Source: Candidatus Cloacimonadales bacterium
Lineage (GTDB): Bacteria; Cloacimonadota; Cloacimonadia; Cloacimonadales; JAFGVF01
Assembly (NCBI GenBank): GCA_963667035.1
Contig: OY762964.1
Location: 1,536,001-1,600,000 of the forward strand
DNA length: 64,000 nucleotides
Reading direction: 5' to 3'
A program made the position numbers and the translations under genes. Numbering within the stretch: position 1 is the stretch's first letter; every line of letters begins with the position of its first letter. The notes under the pieces are model-generated. The model was not told the origin of the DNA, did not search any database, and saw only the letters and a program-made list of their open reading frames with translations. Of this stretch, positions 48,899-59,635 are shown piece by piece.

Positions 48899-50200
48899 AT
48901 GACAAAGCCTCTTCCCCTCTCCAATATTCAAGAACAAGCTTTTAAAGAGGAACTCTTATACCATATCTGGGATGGAAGGCACATTACCAATAATCTTAAA
49001 ACTGTTTCTGGTAAAAGAGTTAAACTTATCTTTACAGGACACTTCAATACAGGTAAAGGTCCGGACTTCAAGAATGCAGTATTCAAACTTAACGGTGAGT
49101 ATATGCGTGGAGACGTTGAAGTGCATGTAAATACCTATGATTGGGTGAACCATAATCATTACCTTGATAGTAATTACAATAGAGTTATTCTACACGTAGT
49201 TTACAATCATAACTCTGCCTTGTCATACAGTATTAAAGAGAACGGTGAATTACTTGAAATATTAGAGTTAAATCATGTTTTAGATAGTGAGATAGGTAAG
49301 CTACTGGAAAGATATAGCACAGATACAAGCTTGAAAGAGAAAAGTTGTAGATTCTTCAATGGAATTACTGCTGAGCAGTTGATTGTTATTTTAAAAAGAA
49401 TAGGTATTGAAAGATTCAAAGCTAAAATCAACAGATTTGATTCATTACTTCTATTCTCTAACTTTAATCAGGTTCTATATCAAGGTATTCTGGAAACATG
49501 CGGTTATTCCAAGAATAAAGTCAATATGATTACTTTAAGTGAGTTATTCACTTGGAATGAGTTAAGAGACTTTGCGAACAACAATAGTTATGAGAGTACG
49601 CTTAATGAGCTACTGACCAAGTCAGGATTAATAGAATTCATTAATCATTCCGATACTACCGAATCAAGTATAAAGTGGAACACATTCAGAATCAGGCCTG
49701 CTAATCATCCGGCAAAAAGAGTTATCCAAATATTCCCGCTTTTATATCAATCAACGGAAGAAGGCTTGATAAAAAGATTCACTTCGGACAGTATAGTTTA
49801 TGAGAAAAACTCCAACAAGTTAATAAAGCAACTAAAGCAGATACTACAAGCATCGTTTAAAGAGTATCGGTATCTCGATAAGACTTACAAGAGACCCGGG
49901 AACCAACTTATTCAAACTATACTATTCAATACTATTTTACCGATTCTAATTCTTTACTATTCAAAACTCGGATTACAAGACAAAACGGATTTGTTATGGG
50001 AAGCAGTGTTAAACTATAAGAATCTGCCAGATAATCATATAATAAACAAGATGAAGCTATTCATGACAGAGAATCAGTATAAGCATTTGGATAAAGAGAT
50101 TCTACGGCAAGGAGTGTTGAAAATATACTTTGACAACTGTGAATATTTTGCTTGTAATGCTTGCGAAAAACAAAAGGAGTCTCTCTTACTTGAGTTGTAA
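48899..50200 (+). CDS. DUF2851 family protein
   Basis: GPDF.NA....G....GDVEVH....DW..H.H..D..Y..VILHVV and RPANHP motifs. Confidence 0.8.
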   Translation: MTKPLPLSNIQEQAFKEELLYHIWDGRHITNNLKTVSGKRVKLIFTGHFNTGKGPDFKNAVFKLNGEYMRGDVEVHVNTYDWVNHNHYLDSNYNRVILHVVYNHNSALSYSIKENGELLEILELNHVLDSEIGKLLERYSTDTSLKEKSCRFFNGITAEQLIVILKRIGIERFKAKINRFDSLLLFSNFNQVLYQGILETCGYSKNKVNMITLSELFTWNELRDFANNNSYESTLNELLTKSGLIEFINHSDTTESSIKWNTFRIRPANHPAKRVIQIFPLLYQSTEEGLIKRFTSDSIVYEKNSNKLIKQLKQILQASFKEYRYLDKTYKRPGNQLIQTILFNTILPILILYYSKLGLQDKTDLLWEAVLNYKNLPDNHIINKMKLFMTENQYKHLDKEILRQGVLKIYFDNCEYFACNACEKQKESLLLEL

Positions 50201-50202
50201 GT

Positions 50203-53200
50203 ATGCTTAAAAGAAAAGTAATCCCTGAAAACCATTTTCCGGAACAAGAGAAACGCAATGCAATTGAAATGATTACGCGTTTCTTTGTTTATATATTCAA
50301 GAATAGCCGTAATGTTACTGACAATGATATAAATCTACTATACAAGCTTCTTGAGAGTTTGTTCAATCAAGTTGATATTTCTTGGGAACTCTTCGTAGGT
50401 GAGATAATTGAGAAGGACTACGATTTAAGACCGATTGTGAAGTACCTGAGACGTAATCTGAATCTGATTGATAAAGTCAGGATTATCGGTAATCTTATTC
50501 TTATGCTGGATCAAGATTTAGCTAAGAGTGAAGAGAATAGACAATATTTAATAGAATACAGTGCTCAACTTGGCTTGGAAGAATCAGGGATTAGTAATTT
50601 TATCAATAGAACCGTCTCGAGTAACAATGAACTTGTTGAAATTCAGACTATTAATCCCCAATATGAGCTTAAGTACTCCTTGTTTACCGATTATATAACT
50701 CTTGGTTCAGGTAACCAAGCAAATGTCAGATTCAGAGACCACGATAAATATAGTGATATTGAGATTACTTTCCTTTTCATCGATAAAGATACTTTCGCTG
50801 TATGTGGTCCCGGAAGTCATGTTACCATTAATGGAAAACCATTTGAACCCGGTAAACTAATGATGCTTCCTCCAAATCTTGGAGTGACCGTTAAAGACCA
50901 GTTTATAAATCACGACATTATCAGTAAGCTATATGAGTTTAAAGATGTAAATGACGTTATCTCTTTCAAGAGAAACGACGCGGATTTTGTTCTAACGATT
51001 AATAGAATGAACTTCTCGGTTGAATTGAATAAAGGAATTGTTTACCATAACGGTCGTCAGTTATCTCAGAAAAAGGAACAAGATTTATATTTTGACGATA
51101 CACTGAGAATAAAGGGGTTAGATAGTTTTACACTACTTGATGTAATCAGAGAAAGAGGATCAATTGGTGTAGAAAGCCTTGATGCAAAAGAGCTTTATAT
51201 TAACTTCAACGACAATTACTTCTATCTTTCACAGTCGGAAACCAGCAGGTCAATCATATACTTTGAAGTTGAAGATGATAATATGGTTATGTACCAACCA
51301 AAGAAAGGTTGGAAAGTATTCTTAAACGGTAGACAGATAGATCATATCACTCATTTTAAACTTAACAAAGACATCATAACAATCAATAAAAGAAACTTTA
51401 GAATCAACTCCTACTATGACCTGATTGAAGTACCATTCAATATGAAGAGTGTCTCTGTTAGAGATATAAGACACGTATTTTCCGATGGTGTTACAGGCAT
51501 AGACAGTATATCATTCGATATTGAGGAAGGTGAGTTAGTCGGAATATTAGGACAATCAGGTTGCGGTAAATCCACCTTATTGAAAGCCTTAAGTGCTAAT
51601 ATTATCCCAACCGGCGGTATGGTAACAATTAATAATAAGAAGCTTTATAACAATGTAAACTATTTCTCTCCTCATATCGGTTATGTTCCTCAAGAAGAAT
51701 TACTTTTCCCGGACTTAACAGTTTATGAAAATCTTTACTACAGAGGCTCATTCCTTGTGCCAAAAATCAGTCGTGAGCATCTTGATAAGAAAATAGACAA
51801 CATCCTTCAACAAGTTAATCTGGTACATAAAAGAAACTCTAGAGTCGGTACTCCCAAGACAAAACTGTTATCCGGTGGGGAGAGAAAAAGGTTAAACCTA
51901 GGTCTTGAGCTTCTCTCGGAACCTTCGCTTATTATATGTGACGAACCGACCTCAGGGCTTTCGTTCAGCGATGCAGACCAAATTGTAACAATATTGAAAT
52001 CACTTACAGAACAAGGTAAGATAGTCATTTTGACCATTCATCAACCAAACTCTCGTATCTATAAAAAATTCAATAAAGTATTACTTATGGATATAGGTGG
52101 TGTTGAAGTCTTTTTTGGTAAACCCGCTAATTCATTCACTTACTTCAATTCGGAGTTAAAAAATCTGACCGTTAACAAGGAAGAAATTACCCTAAAGAAG
52201 GATGATAAGCAAGCAGACTATCCCTATGATATAATAACATATCCTGAATACTCATCCGATAACAGGATTGTTTACGAGCAAACAAACAAAAGTGTTACAA
52301 TCAAGCGTAAATACCCCCCTGAATATTGGCGAAACAAGTATAAGCGGAAACAGTTAGGCGAATTCTTTAACAAGAATGAGCAAATCACCAAAAACAACTC
52401 AATAGCTGATACGTCATATCGTATAAAAATGGATTTAAATCAGCATGTTAAACAAGTAGTAAATATATTCAGAAGAAATATTACTCTCAAATTGAGAAAT
52501 AAGACAAACCTAATGATAACATTCTTGCAAGCTCCAATCTTAGCTTTGATTGTTAGCTTTATCCTTAGATTAGCTCCGAATGACGCTTCTTACTCATATT
52601 ATGATAATGTGAACATAGGAATATTCTACTTTGTTTCCATAATCATCTTCATCTTCTTCGGGCTGTCCAACAGTCTTGAAGATATAGCATCCGAACGAAG
52701 AATGTTCTCTCGAGAGAAAAGTCTGAACATGAAAGTCAGTTATTACACACTCTCCAAGTTCGTAACTCTAGGTATTTTTACAGCAATACAGGCATTACTT
52801 TATCTTTTTATCTCAATTGTTATTCTTGAGATAAGAGGAGTTACGGGAATCTCTCTACTTTATCTGATTAGTGCGGGAATAAGCGGTTACTCAATTGGGC
52901 TGTTCATATCATGTTTTCTAAACGACAGTAAATCTATTATAAATATACTACCGTTGATATTGATCCCTCAGATTATATTTGCCGGAGCTATCATTGAATA
53001 CGAGAAGATGAATCGTAATCTCACTATCTCCAAGCATAATCCTATTCCTGAGATTGTACAGGTAATGCCATCCAGATGGTTGTTTGAAGGTATGGTAACA
53101 GGTATAGTAAAAAAGAATAGCTATAACAAGAATATGGAACGACTAAAACATGAGAGTAGTGAGTTGCTTAACGAGTACAAAACGGGATATATATCGAATT

Positions 53201-53475
53201 CGACTTATAAGGAAAGACTATATGAAAACTATGATGAGAAAGCTTTAGTTGCAAAAAGATTCTCAAGAAGTAAATACACCAATCGTTCTTTAGAGCTGTC
53301 AGTTAGCCTCATGGATGGCAGATTTATGAATACAAATAAGAATGTATTTCTTGCATCCTACAAAAAGTTATTTAACTTGACATTCAGAACCTTTAATTTC
53401 AACTTAATTGTTATTATGTTGTATGTTGGATTGGTTAATTTCTTAACCTTGATTAAACTTAAATATTATAAATAA
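50203..53475 (+). CDS. ABCG-like exporter (NBD followed by ABC-2 TMD) with long N-terminal extension
   Basis: GQSGCGKST, GYVPQ, LSGGE, CDEPTSGL, TIHQP, C-terminal TM helices. Confidence 0.82.
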   Translation: MLKRKVIPENHFPEQEKRNAIEMITRFFVYIFKNSRNVTDNDINLLYKLLESLFNQVDISWELFVGEIIEKDYDLRPIVKYLRRNLNLIDKVRIIGNLILMLDQDLAKSEENRQYLIEYSAQLGLEESGISNFINRTVSSNNELVEIQTINPQYELKYSLFTDYITLGSGNQANVRFRDHDKYSDIEITFLFIDKDTFAVCGPGSHVTINGKPFEPGKLMMLPPNLGVTVKDQFINHDIISKLYEFKDVNDVISFKRNDADFVLTINRMNFSVELNKGIVYHNGRQLSQKKEQDLYFDDTLRIKGLDSFTLLDVIRERGSIGVESLDAKELYINFNDNYFYLSQSETSRSIIYFEVEDDNMVMYQPKKGWKVFLNGRQIDHITHFKLNKDIITINKRNFRINSYYDLIEVPFNMKSVSVRDIRHVFSDGVTGIDSISFDIEEGELVGILGQSGCGKSTLLKALSANIIPTGGMVTINNKKLYNNVNYFSPHIGYVPQEELLFPDLTVYENLYYRGSFLVPKISREHLDKKIDNILQQVNLVHKRNSRVGTPKTKLLSGGERKRLNLGLELLSEPSLIICDEPTSGLSFSDADQIVTILKSLTEQGKIVILTIHQPNSRIYKKFNKVLLMDIGGVEVFFGKPANSFTYFNSELKNLTVNKEEITLKKDDKQADYPYDIITYPEYSSDNRIVYEQTNKSVTIKRKYPPEYWRNKYKRKQLGEFFNKNEQITKNNSIADTSYRIKMDLNQHVKQVVNIFRRNITLKLRNKTNLMITFLQAPILALIVSFILRLAPNDASYSYYDNVNIGIFYFVSIIIFIFFGLSNSLEDIASERRMFSREKSLNMKVSYYTLSKFVTLGIFTAIQALLYLFISIVILEIRGVTGISLLYLISAGISGYSIGLFISCFLNDSKSIINILPLILIPQIIFAGAIIEYEKMNRNLTISKHNPIPEIVQVMPSRWLFEGMVTGIVKKNSYNKNMERLKHESSELLNEYKTGYISNSTYKERLYENYDEKALVAKRFSRSKYTNRSLELSVSLMDGRFMNTNKNVFLASYKKLFNLTFRTFNFNLIVIMLYVGLVNFLTLIKLKYYK

Positions 53476-53496
53476 ACAAAGAAAAAGGGGAACCTG

Positions 53497-54294
53497 ATGA
53501 AAAAAACAGTAATCTGGATTGTTATGATAGCGTTGCTATCTGTGTCTGTTATTGGTTGTACTAAAAAGCAAAAAAAGCCACAGGGCACTCAAAACGTTAC
53601 TGTAGAGTGGAGAAATTTTCCGCTCCCTTCGTTTAAAGATTTACTGACAAAACTTGACTACCTGAAGAACACTGATTTCTCAAAGTCACTTCCTGAAGAT
53701 ATCTATACTGTTGAAGAGACAGTTTATCAAGCATCATTCGCTCTAGGCGTACTTACTGCCGATGCTATCTTAAGTGTTAAAGCAAGAAACAAAACCAATC
53801 TGATTGAAATCTCTCAAAACATGATCGAGTATTCAAATCTTGTTGGTATTGATGAACAGGTTCTAAAACTTGCTGATGAGTTAAAGGGCTACATTGAAGC
53901 TGAAGAATGGGCTAAACTTGAGACTTCTCTTGATAAGTATCAAACTAAAGTTCACGCTAACCTCTTCCAAGCTCAAAGATATGATGTATTCACTCTTATG
54001 CAACTTGGCGGATGGATGGAAGGACTTAACAGAATCTCCGATCTGCTTGTTAATAACTATCAGGAAGCCTACAGTAGTATAGTAGATCAGAAGGGTATTC
54101 TGAACTCACTTATTCAAAATATGCAGTTGATTGAAAATACTAAGATAACAGAAACTAATTATTACAAGATTAGCTCCACAAATCTCGGTCAAATCAAATC
54201 AATTATCTATAATTCGGAAGACACTAAGTATAGTAAAGAACAGCTTGTTGAACTTGAGAAGCTTACTACTGAAATACTTAAAGCTGTAAGATAA
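53497..54294 (+). CDS. Helical lipoprotein, unknown function
   Basis: Lipobox VIGC, GGWMEGL motif. Confidence 0.7.
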   Translation: MKKTVIWIVMIALLSVSVIGCTKKQKKPQGTQNVTVEWRNFPLPSFKDLLTKLDYLKNTDFSKSLPEDIYTVEETVYQASFALGVLTADAILSVKARNKTNLIEISQNMIEYSNLVGIDEQVLKLADELKGYIEAEEWAKLETSLDKYQTKVHANLFQAQRYDVFTLMQLGGWMEGLNRISDLLVNNYQEAYSSIVDQKGILNSLIQNMQLIENTKITETNYYKISSTNLGQIKSIIYNSEDTKYSKEQLVELEKLTTEILKAVR

Positions 54295-54307
54295 GATATA
54301 AGAGTTA

Positions 54308-54394
54308 AAAAGATTATGGCTTGTATAGAGATATACAAGCCATTTTTGTTTATAATCAGAATTACTTTATTTAAAGATGTCATCTCTAAAGGCA
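54308..54394. repeat. 87-bp direct repeat, left copy (duplicate of fetB 3' end and terminator)
   Basis: 82/87 identical to 57925-58011. Contains the ATGGCTTGTATA-gaga-TATACAAGCCAT hairpin. Confidence 0.9.
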
Positions 54395-54412
54395 AGATAG
54401 TACTCCTAAATT

Positions 54413-54590
54413 GACTTTACTAAACTGATGTAAGTACAAAACATAATGACCAAGAGATAGACTTGGAGATATTACCCTTAACTATGTGATAAGTAATGCT
54501 CTCCCTATCAGAGCTATCCGAGAAGCTGTTGAGAATGAACTTCTGCCAGAAGTTACGAGATACCAGAGTTTGGATAGCTGGATTAGGTGA
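54413..54590 (+). pseudogene. Degraded paralog of the 44390-44842 protein
   Basis: DFTKLM* ... LPIRAIREAVENELLPEVTRYQSL aligns with CFTKML...LPVRSIKEAIDNQLLPAVSRYQEL. Premature stop and frameshifts. Confidence 0.75.
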
Positions 54591-54761
54591 GATATCTTAG
54601 CAGTTAGAAGCAGAAGTGATTAGCCATGTGGTGCAAGTCCATGGCTCAATCCCAAATAATCTCTACACTAAATGGGGTGAACATGTTTAAGAAACTCAAA
54701 CAATTAGGAAAGAAGTTTCTTTTGTGAATCGAAAAAGTGATAACGGTGAATATATAATAAA

Positions 54762-55634
54762 TCAGTCTCCATGCATCTTGTATTTCTTTACAAGTTTCTT
54801 TAAGCCATCTTTTCCATACTCATATATGTACTTACCGTCACCAGGACTCCACTCTCCATCACAAAAGAAAGAAAGAATTTTAGTTGCATTACCTAAAATC
54901 CCACATGTATACTGCTCAGTATCATCGACTAAGCTCTTACACGCTTTCCTCCTTTCTTCATGACAATAAATTACCGCTTCAATTATTCTAGTTATTTTTT
55001 CTTCTCCCCACAAATCATTATTATATGGTAAAGTTGTATTCCGTGCAATTACTTTTTTTTCTGATAAAGTAGAGATAATGAAATCTAAATAGTTCATTAC
55101 TTGTTTAATTATACTTAATACAAACTCTTTATCACATATATAAAACCTACCTGTTTCATTATCGATTACAACATGCTTATACTTTTTTAGTATCTGAAAA
55201 AGCGTACTTTTATCAATACTTGAATCATTACTAAAGGTAATTCTTGAGTTATTGTGGACTATTGCATTTCTAATCTTTTGAAACTCTTTTATTCTTCTCC
55301 ATTCATTTGATACTGGTTCTAGATTTATCTCTGCAACTTTATCAAAATAGATTCGACTCTTTTCGATGTAGTTGTTTCCGGCTAAATCTTTTACTTTTAA
55401 CGTCGTGAAACCTCTATATTGATCTGCATTGCATAATTTCTTTAACCCATCTTCTATTGTGCTAAAGACAGCAACGAGTAATGTATGATAATGTAATTGC
55501 TTATACACATTAACATTGTCGGTTTCTTTATATTGCTTTTCAAATTCTACATTTATTTTTGGTTCCATTAATTCTATGTAATCAATAATGCTCGTCAATC
55601 TATCCTTAATAGACTTCTGAATCATATAAAACAT
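54762..55634 (-). CDS. Hypothetical protein with HEPN-like Rx4H motif
   Basis: Helical protein with upstream E (FSTIED) and RNAIVH. Confidence 0.55.
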   Translation of the reverse strand: MFYMIQKSIKDRLTSIIDYIELMEPKINVEFEKQYKETDNVNVYKQLHYHTLLVAVFSTIEDGLKKLCNADQYRGFTTLKVKDLAGNNYIEKSRIYFDKVAEINLEPVSNEWRRIKEFQKIRNAIVHNNSRITFSNDSSIDKSTLFQILKKYKHVVIDNETGRFYICDKEFVLSIIKQVMNYLDFIISTLSEKKVIARNTTLPYNNDLWGEEKITRIIEAVIYCHEERRKACKSLVDDTEQYTCGILGNATKILSFFCDGEWSPGDGKYIYEYGKDGLKKLVKKYKMHGD

Positions 55635-55720
55635 AACCTACTCCTTTAGTTTTTCTAAATCACCGTTTAACTTGTGGATATATTTATTTACAAGTTTTGT
55701 TTTGTTATCTTTCTCTAATT

Positions 55721-56392
55721 CTACAATTCTGGTTTTAGACAATTATCCATCGCAATGATAGTAACTTCAAAACCTTCATAAAATTTCAGAAATAATAACT
55801 TATCATTAAAGTTTTTACTATCGACACTGTAAAAACAATAAGTAAAGACCTTAGGGTTGTTACCTTTATAGTCGTCTAAGTCCAACTTGTTTTTAATATC
55901 TAAGAAATGTTGACTTCCACTATCTATTGTCAGATCTTTATAATATAGAAATTCAGTTACAATCTCTAATTTACTAAACCAAGTTCTCCCAAATTCTTTG
56001 TAAAACAAAGCGTATCCGATTTCCTTAAAAGTTCTATCTAATCTTTCTCTATCAATTTCAATTCGTAAAGATGGTTCATAAATCGGTCCCGCTTTCACAT
56101 ACACTCTTGTGGGATTATTAATTATTTCATTAAAGTACTTATTGCTTTTTATAAGAGATTTGTATGTTTTATCAAGGAATTTATTATGTGCTAGATTATT
56201 ATTCCCATGTGATAAAGCAATTGTATCTCTAGCATAATCGTCATCTGAAGAGGTATCAATATTATGTTCATGACATGATGAAACTGTTATCAAATTTTTA
56301 CGATATTGAGCTTCAGTTGGAAAGAAACATTTGGGAGGGACATGTTCTTTTGAAGTTGCGGTTTGATTACATAAATAGCATTTCTTTTTCAT
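55721..56392 (-). CDS. HNH endonuclease-like protein
   Basis: CYLC...SKEHVPPK...VSSCHEHN. Confidence 0.65.
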   Translation of the reverse strand: MKKKCYLCNQTATSKEHVPPKCFFPTEAQYRKNLITVSSCHEHNIDTSSDDDYARDTIALSHGNNNLAHNKFLDKTYKSLIKSNKYFNEIINNPTRVYVKAGPIYEPSLRIEIDRERLDRTFKEIGYALFYKEFGRTWFSKLEIVTEFLYYKDLTIDSGSQHFLDIKNKLDLDDYKGNNPKVFTYCFYSVDSKNFNDKLLFLKFYEGFEVTIIAMDNCLKPEL

Positions 56393-56444
56393 CTAATATC
56401 TCTTATTGATACTCTCTTTCTGCATGTTACTTTTTTAAAAATTG

Positions 56445-57275
56445 TCATACCCAAGTATTTACGATTTCTAAAGGCTTATTACTAATTTTTCTATTGAATA
56501 GTATTCGTTTGTGAGGGAATTTATCCTTACCTGATTTAAGGCAACAATTCTTATATTTTTGATTACTGTTACATGGACAAATATCATTCCTCCCAATATT
56601 TTTATATTCTGGTTTAGTCTCTAAAACTGTGCTTATATCCCATTTCTCGAATGGATCATTTAACTCACTCATAAGCATTTCTAAGCCTTTATAATTATAC
56701 TCCATTTCTTCTTTTGCTGGCATAAGTACAGCATACTTATCAAAAGGATTCTCAACAATTACGAACCCGATAACCTCTAAATCCATTACTTCTGAACCGC
56801 ACAACTCACCATTATAGATATCTCCAACAACATGCTGGCAATTCTCCCAGATAGATCTTTCTTGCTTACATATAGAGCAAATTCTCTTTTTTACAATAGC
56901 TTCTCGACTAAAAAAATGTACATAAGGGAAAAGTTCTTGGAATTTGTGTACTTGGTCGGATATCAATTGAATCTGGAAATCATTGCTAGTAATATCAAAG
57001 TGTTTCACAAGAAAGCTAATTTTAATATCAATCTGGTTAAAAGTATTCCAAGCTTGAAAGTAGTTTTTTGAATAAAGACCTTGAAACGCATCCATATAAC
57101 CATTGTTTATGCTGCAAATTGTTTCTAGAATCCATATTTTTTTAGCAATGTCTTGATTGTCTTCTTTAATTGCTTCAATTTTTAAATCGGCAAGTTTATC
57201 TATGATTGTTTTATTGAATCTGCAGGATTTATTTGACTTCATTAGATTGAATAACTCAACATATTTTTTTATCAT
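56445..57275 (-). CDS. SEC-C (zinc) motif protein
   Basis: GRNDICPCNSNQKYKNCC plus CSIC.....C.H..G..Y.G..C. Confidence 0.7.
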   Translation of the reverse strand: MIKKYVELFNLMKSNKSCRFNKTIIDKLADLKIEAIKEDNQDIAKKIWILETICSINNGYMDAFQGLYSKNYFQAWNTFNQIDIKISFLVKHFDITSNDFQIQLISDQVHKFQELFPYVHFFSREAIVKKRICSICKQERSIWENCQHVVGDIYNGELCGSEVMDLEVIGFVIVENPFDKYAVLMPAKEEMEYNYKGLEMLMSELNDPFEKWDISTVLETKPEYKNIGRNDICPCNSNQKYKNCCLKSGKDKFPHKRILFNRKISNKPLEIVNTWV

Positions 57276-57339
57276 AATGCTCCAGAATAGTAGTAAATGA
57301 AGTGTTTATTTTGTGAAAGACCTTCAGTGTGACCTGTAA

Positions 57340-57852
57340 TTAGCCACTAATAATATTTTCATTGATGGACTTCATTGTTTTTTCGAAATCTTCAGTAGGT
57401 CCATTATAAGAAATCTTCTTTGTCTCTCCATGTTTTTCAACATGTATATCTACATGAAGATTGACACTTTTTCTTCTCCTAAATGTATATTCTACAGTGA
57501 AACTTACAATCATCTTGATTATTTCCTGAAAAAAATAATCTTGGACTAGAATTGATGCAAGATTTAAGAATTCACCATGCAGTTCTAACTCTCTATAACT
57601 TTCCTTTGTTATGCATATTGAGGTCTTACAAGCAAGCACATTTTCTTGCAGAAATCTAAAAAAGCTAGTGGTATGAGCAGGGAATAATGGACCCTGATAA
57701 TCTTTCCAAGATTCAGTAGGTATAAGTAATATGCCTGAATTCTGGATTTCTTTAGATAAATCTTCAGGATAGTAATCTTTATCCTGAATCGATTTTAATG
57801 AAACATCAGAATCAGTAATTTCAAATAATGGGTTTCTCTCAAATCCATGCAT
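57340..57852 (-). CDS. Hypothetical protein
   Basis: 170-aa ORF with AGAGG RBS, first gene of the islet. Confidence 0.6.
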   Translation of the reverse strand: MHGFERNPLFEITDSDVSLKSIQDKDYYPEDLSKEIQNSGILLIPTESWKDYQGPLFPAHTTSFFRFLQENVLACKTSICITKESYRELELHGEFLNLASILVQDYFFQEIIKMIVSFTVEYTFRRRKSVNLHVDIHVEKHGETKKISYNGPTEDFEKTMKSINENIISG

Positions 57853-57924
57853 AAATACCTCTTTTTCTTCTTTTAATACATTTTCATGCTATTTGAAAAA
57901 CATGTCAATAAAAACTATTTAATT

Positions 57925-58011
57925 AAAAGATTATGGCTTGTATAGAGATATACAAGCCATTTTTGTTTATAATCCGAAATACTTTATTTAAAGATATCAT
58001 CTCTGAGGGCA
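57925..58011. repeat. 87-bp direct repeat, right copy (native fetB 3' end and terminator)
   Basis: Matches 54308-54394. Confidence 0.9.
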
Positions 58012-58778
58012 TCAAACCTGTTGAAAGAAATTCTCCTTACCATCTTGATAAGAATATAAGTTGATAATGACATAGTAGAGAAGATAGCAATCATTATTGC
58101 AATTTGATACTTAATGGCAGTCGTAGGTATAGATCCTCCCAGTATCTGTCCTGTCATCATACCGGGTAAAGAAACAAGCCCGATAGTAGCCATTGAGGCA
58201 ATTGTTGGCTCCAAAGCTGTTCTCATGCTCTCTACAACTATATCCTTTAAAGCCTCAGCTCTTGATGCACCTAAAGAAAGGGCAAAATAGTATTCCTGTT
58301 CTCTATTTTTAAAATAGTTTAGGAAGGTTCTGGTAGCAAGTATGTTAGCTCGCATAGTGTTACCCAATAGCATGCCTGCAATCGGGATAAGATATTTAGC
58401 CGAGAACAGGCTATCAAGTCTGACTATGAGAGTTGTAAAGTAGAGTGTGTTCAGCAATAGCGGTATACTTATTGATATAAGGATTGGCAACAAGAAATAC
58501 TTAATCTTCAAAGAGTTTGAATTAATTACCGTTATTGTCGACACTACACTCATAACCAATAACCATCCGATATTCACATAAACGCTATCAAGTATAAACA
58601 GATATTTCAAATAGAAACCTATTAATGACAACTGAACAATCATCCTACTAACTGATAATAGGACTTTAGCCGTCACCTTTAACTTAGAGACTGTAACTAT
58701 TATTAAAGGAACAATCAATAAAAGCAGAGTAAATAGTATTGAAGTGAAACCTAAATCTTTTGCACCCATAATCACCAC
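57984..58778 (-). CDS. fetB: ABC permease, UPF0014/FetB (YbbM) family
   Basis: RMIVQL..IG, IPIAGMLLGN, GLVSLPGMMTGQILGG..P..AIKYQI. Confidence 0.85.
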   Translation of the reverse strand: MVIMGAKDLGFTSILFTLLLLIVPLIIVTVSKLKVTAKVLLSVSRMIVQLSLIGFYLKYLFILDSVYVNIGWLLVMSVVSTITVINSNSLKIKYFLLPILISISIPLLLNTLYFTTLIVRLDSLFSAKYLIPIAGMLLGNTMRANILATRTFLNYFKNREQEYYFALSLGASRAEALKDIVVESMRTALEPTIASMATIGLVSLPGMMTGQILGGSIPTTAIKYQIAIMIAIFSTMSLSTYILIKMVRRISFNRFDALRDDIFK

Positions 58779-59383
58779 CTCACCTTTCTAAAACTCTGTA
58801 GATTCCAAACCTCATCATGCGAGACAATTATAACAGTATTAGGTAACGATATGAAGTAATCCTTGATAATTGATTTCAATTCTATGTTCAATGCGGATGT
58901 AACCTCATCCAGCAAATAATATTCCCGCTTTAGCAGTCGCATTAATATGATTCCCAGTCTTTGCTTTTCACCACCTGACAACTCATTAGTTTTTCTAAGC
59001 AATATCGCTTTATCAAGGGATAACTCGTTGAAAAGCTCTTCTATCTCTTGCCTGTCATATTTCAAATGTTGGTTAGCATTGTATTTCAACACTCCGGTAA
59101 TTACATCTTCAACTTTACCTGATGGAAAAGAAATGTTTTGAGGAAGATATGCAAACTTATGTCTGATTCTTTTAACAGTATCTTGATTAAGAACATCACC
59201 GTCAATGATCACTTCGCCTGAATCCGGTTGCTTAAATCCCATAAGGATTTTAAGAAGTGAGGTCTTCCCCGTTCCCGATTCCATGTTAAGAAGAATCTTC
59301 TCCCCATTATCTATCTTGAAACTCAACTCATTGAAGACTTTCTTATCATCATATTCCAGATTTATGTTTTTAACTTCTATCAA
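58772..59383 (-). CDS. ABC ATP-binding protein (FetA-like)
   Basis: ESGTGKTS, LSGGEKQR, LLDEVTSAL, VSHD. Confidence 0.85.
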   Translation of the reverse strand: MIEVKNINLEYDDKKVFNELSFKIDNGEKILLNMESGTGKTSLLKILMGFKQPDSGEVIIDGDVLNQDTVKRIRHKFAYLPQNISFPSGKVEDVITGVLKYNANQHLKYDRQEIEELFNELSLDKAILLRKTNELSGGEKQRLGIILMRLLKREYYLLDEVTSALNIELKSIIKDYFISLPNTVIIVSHDEVWNLQSFRKVRW

Positions 59384-59635
59384 TTAATCGCCTTCATCAA
59401 GTATTTTAGCAAGAGTATCTCTGTGTTCCTTGCTAAGCTCATGCCATCTAACACCATGTTTGGCTCCTTCAATGGCAAAAAGTTTGCTCTTACAAACGGA
59501 ATAACCCTTATTCTTGAGCATATATACTATTTTCTCAATAGGTAGCTCCATAAATGTGTTAGTGCTATCAATACCTGAATCTGATAGTTCATCCGCAAGT
59601 TTCTTCCCAATGTTAGGTAAATCTGTTAACTTCAT
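59384..59635 (-). CDS. TfoX C-terminal domain protein
   Basis: LTDLPNIG..L...L...GI...L.AIEGA...VRW. Start at the RBS-preceded ATG 59635. Confidence 0.8.
   Translation of the reverse strand: MKLTDLPNIGKKLADELSDSGIDSTNTFMELPIEKIVYMLKNKGYSVCKSKLFAIEGAKHGVRWHELSKEHRDTLAKILDEGD

Noticed and set aside
54700..57900. Integron cassette array
   Set aside because: No attC-like palindromes between the genes and no integron integrase.
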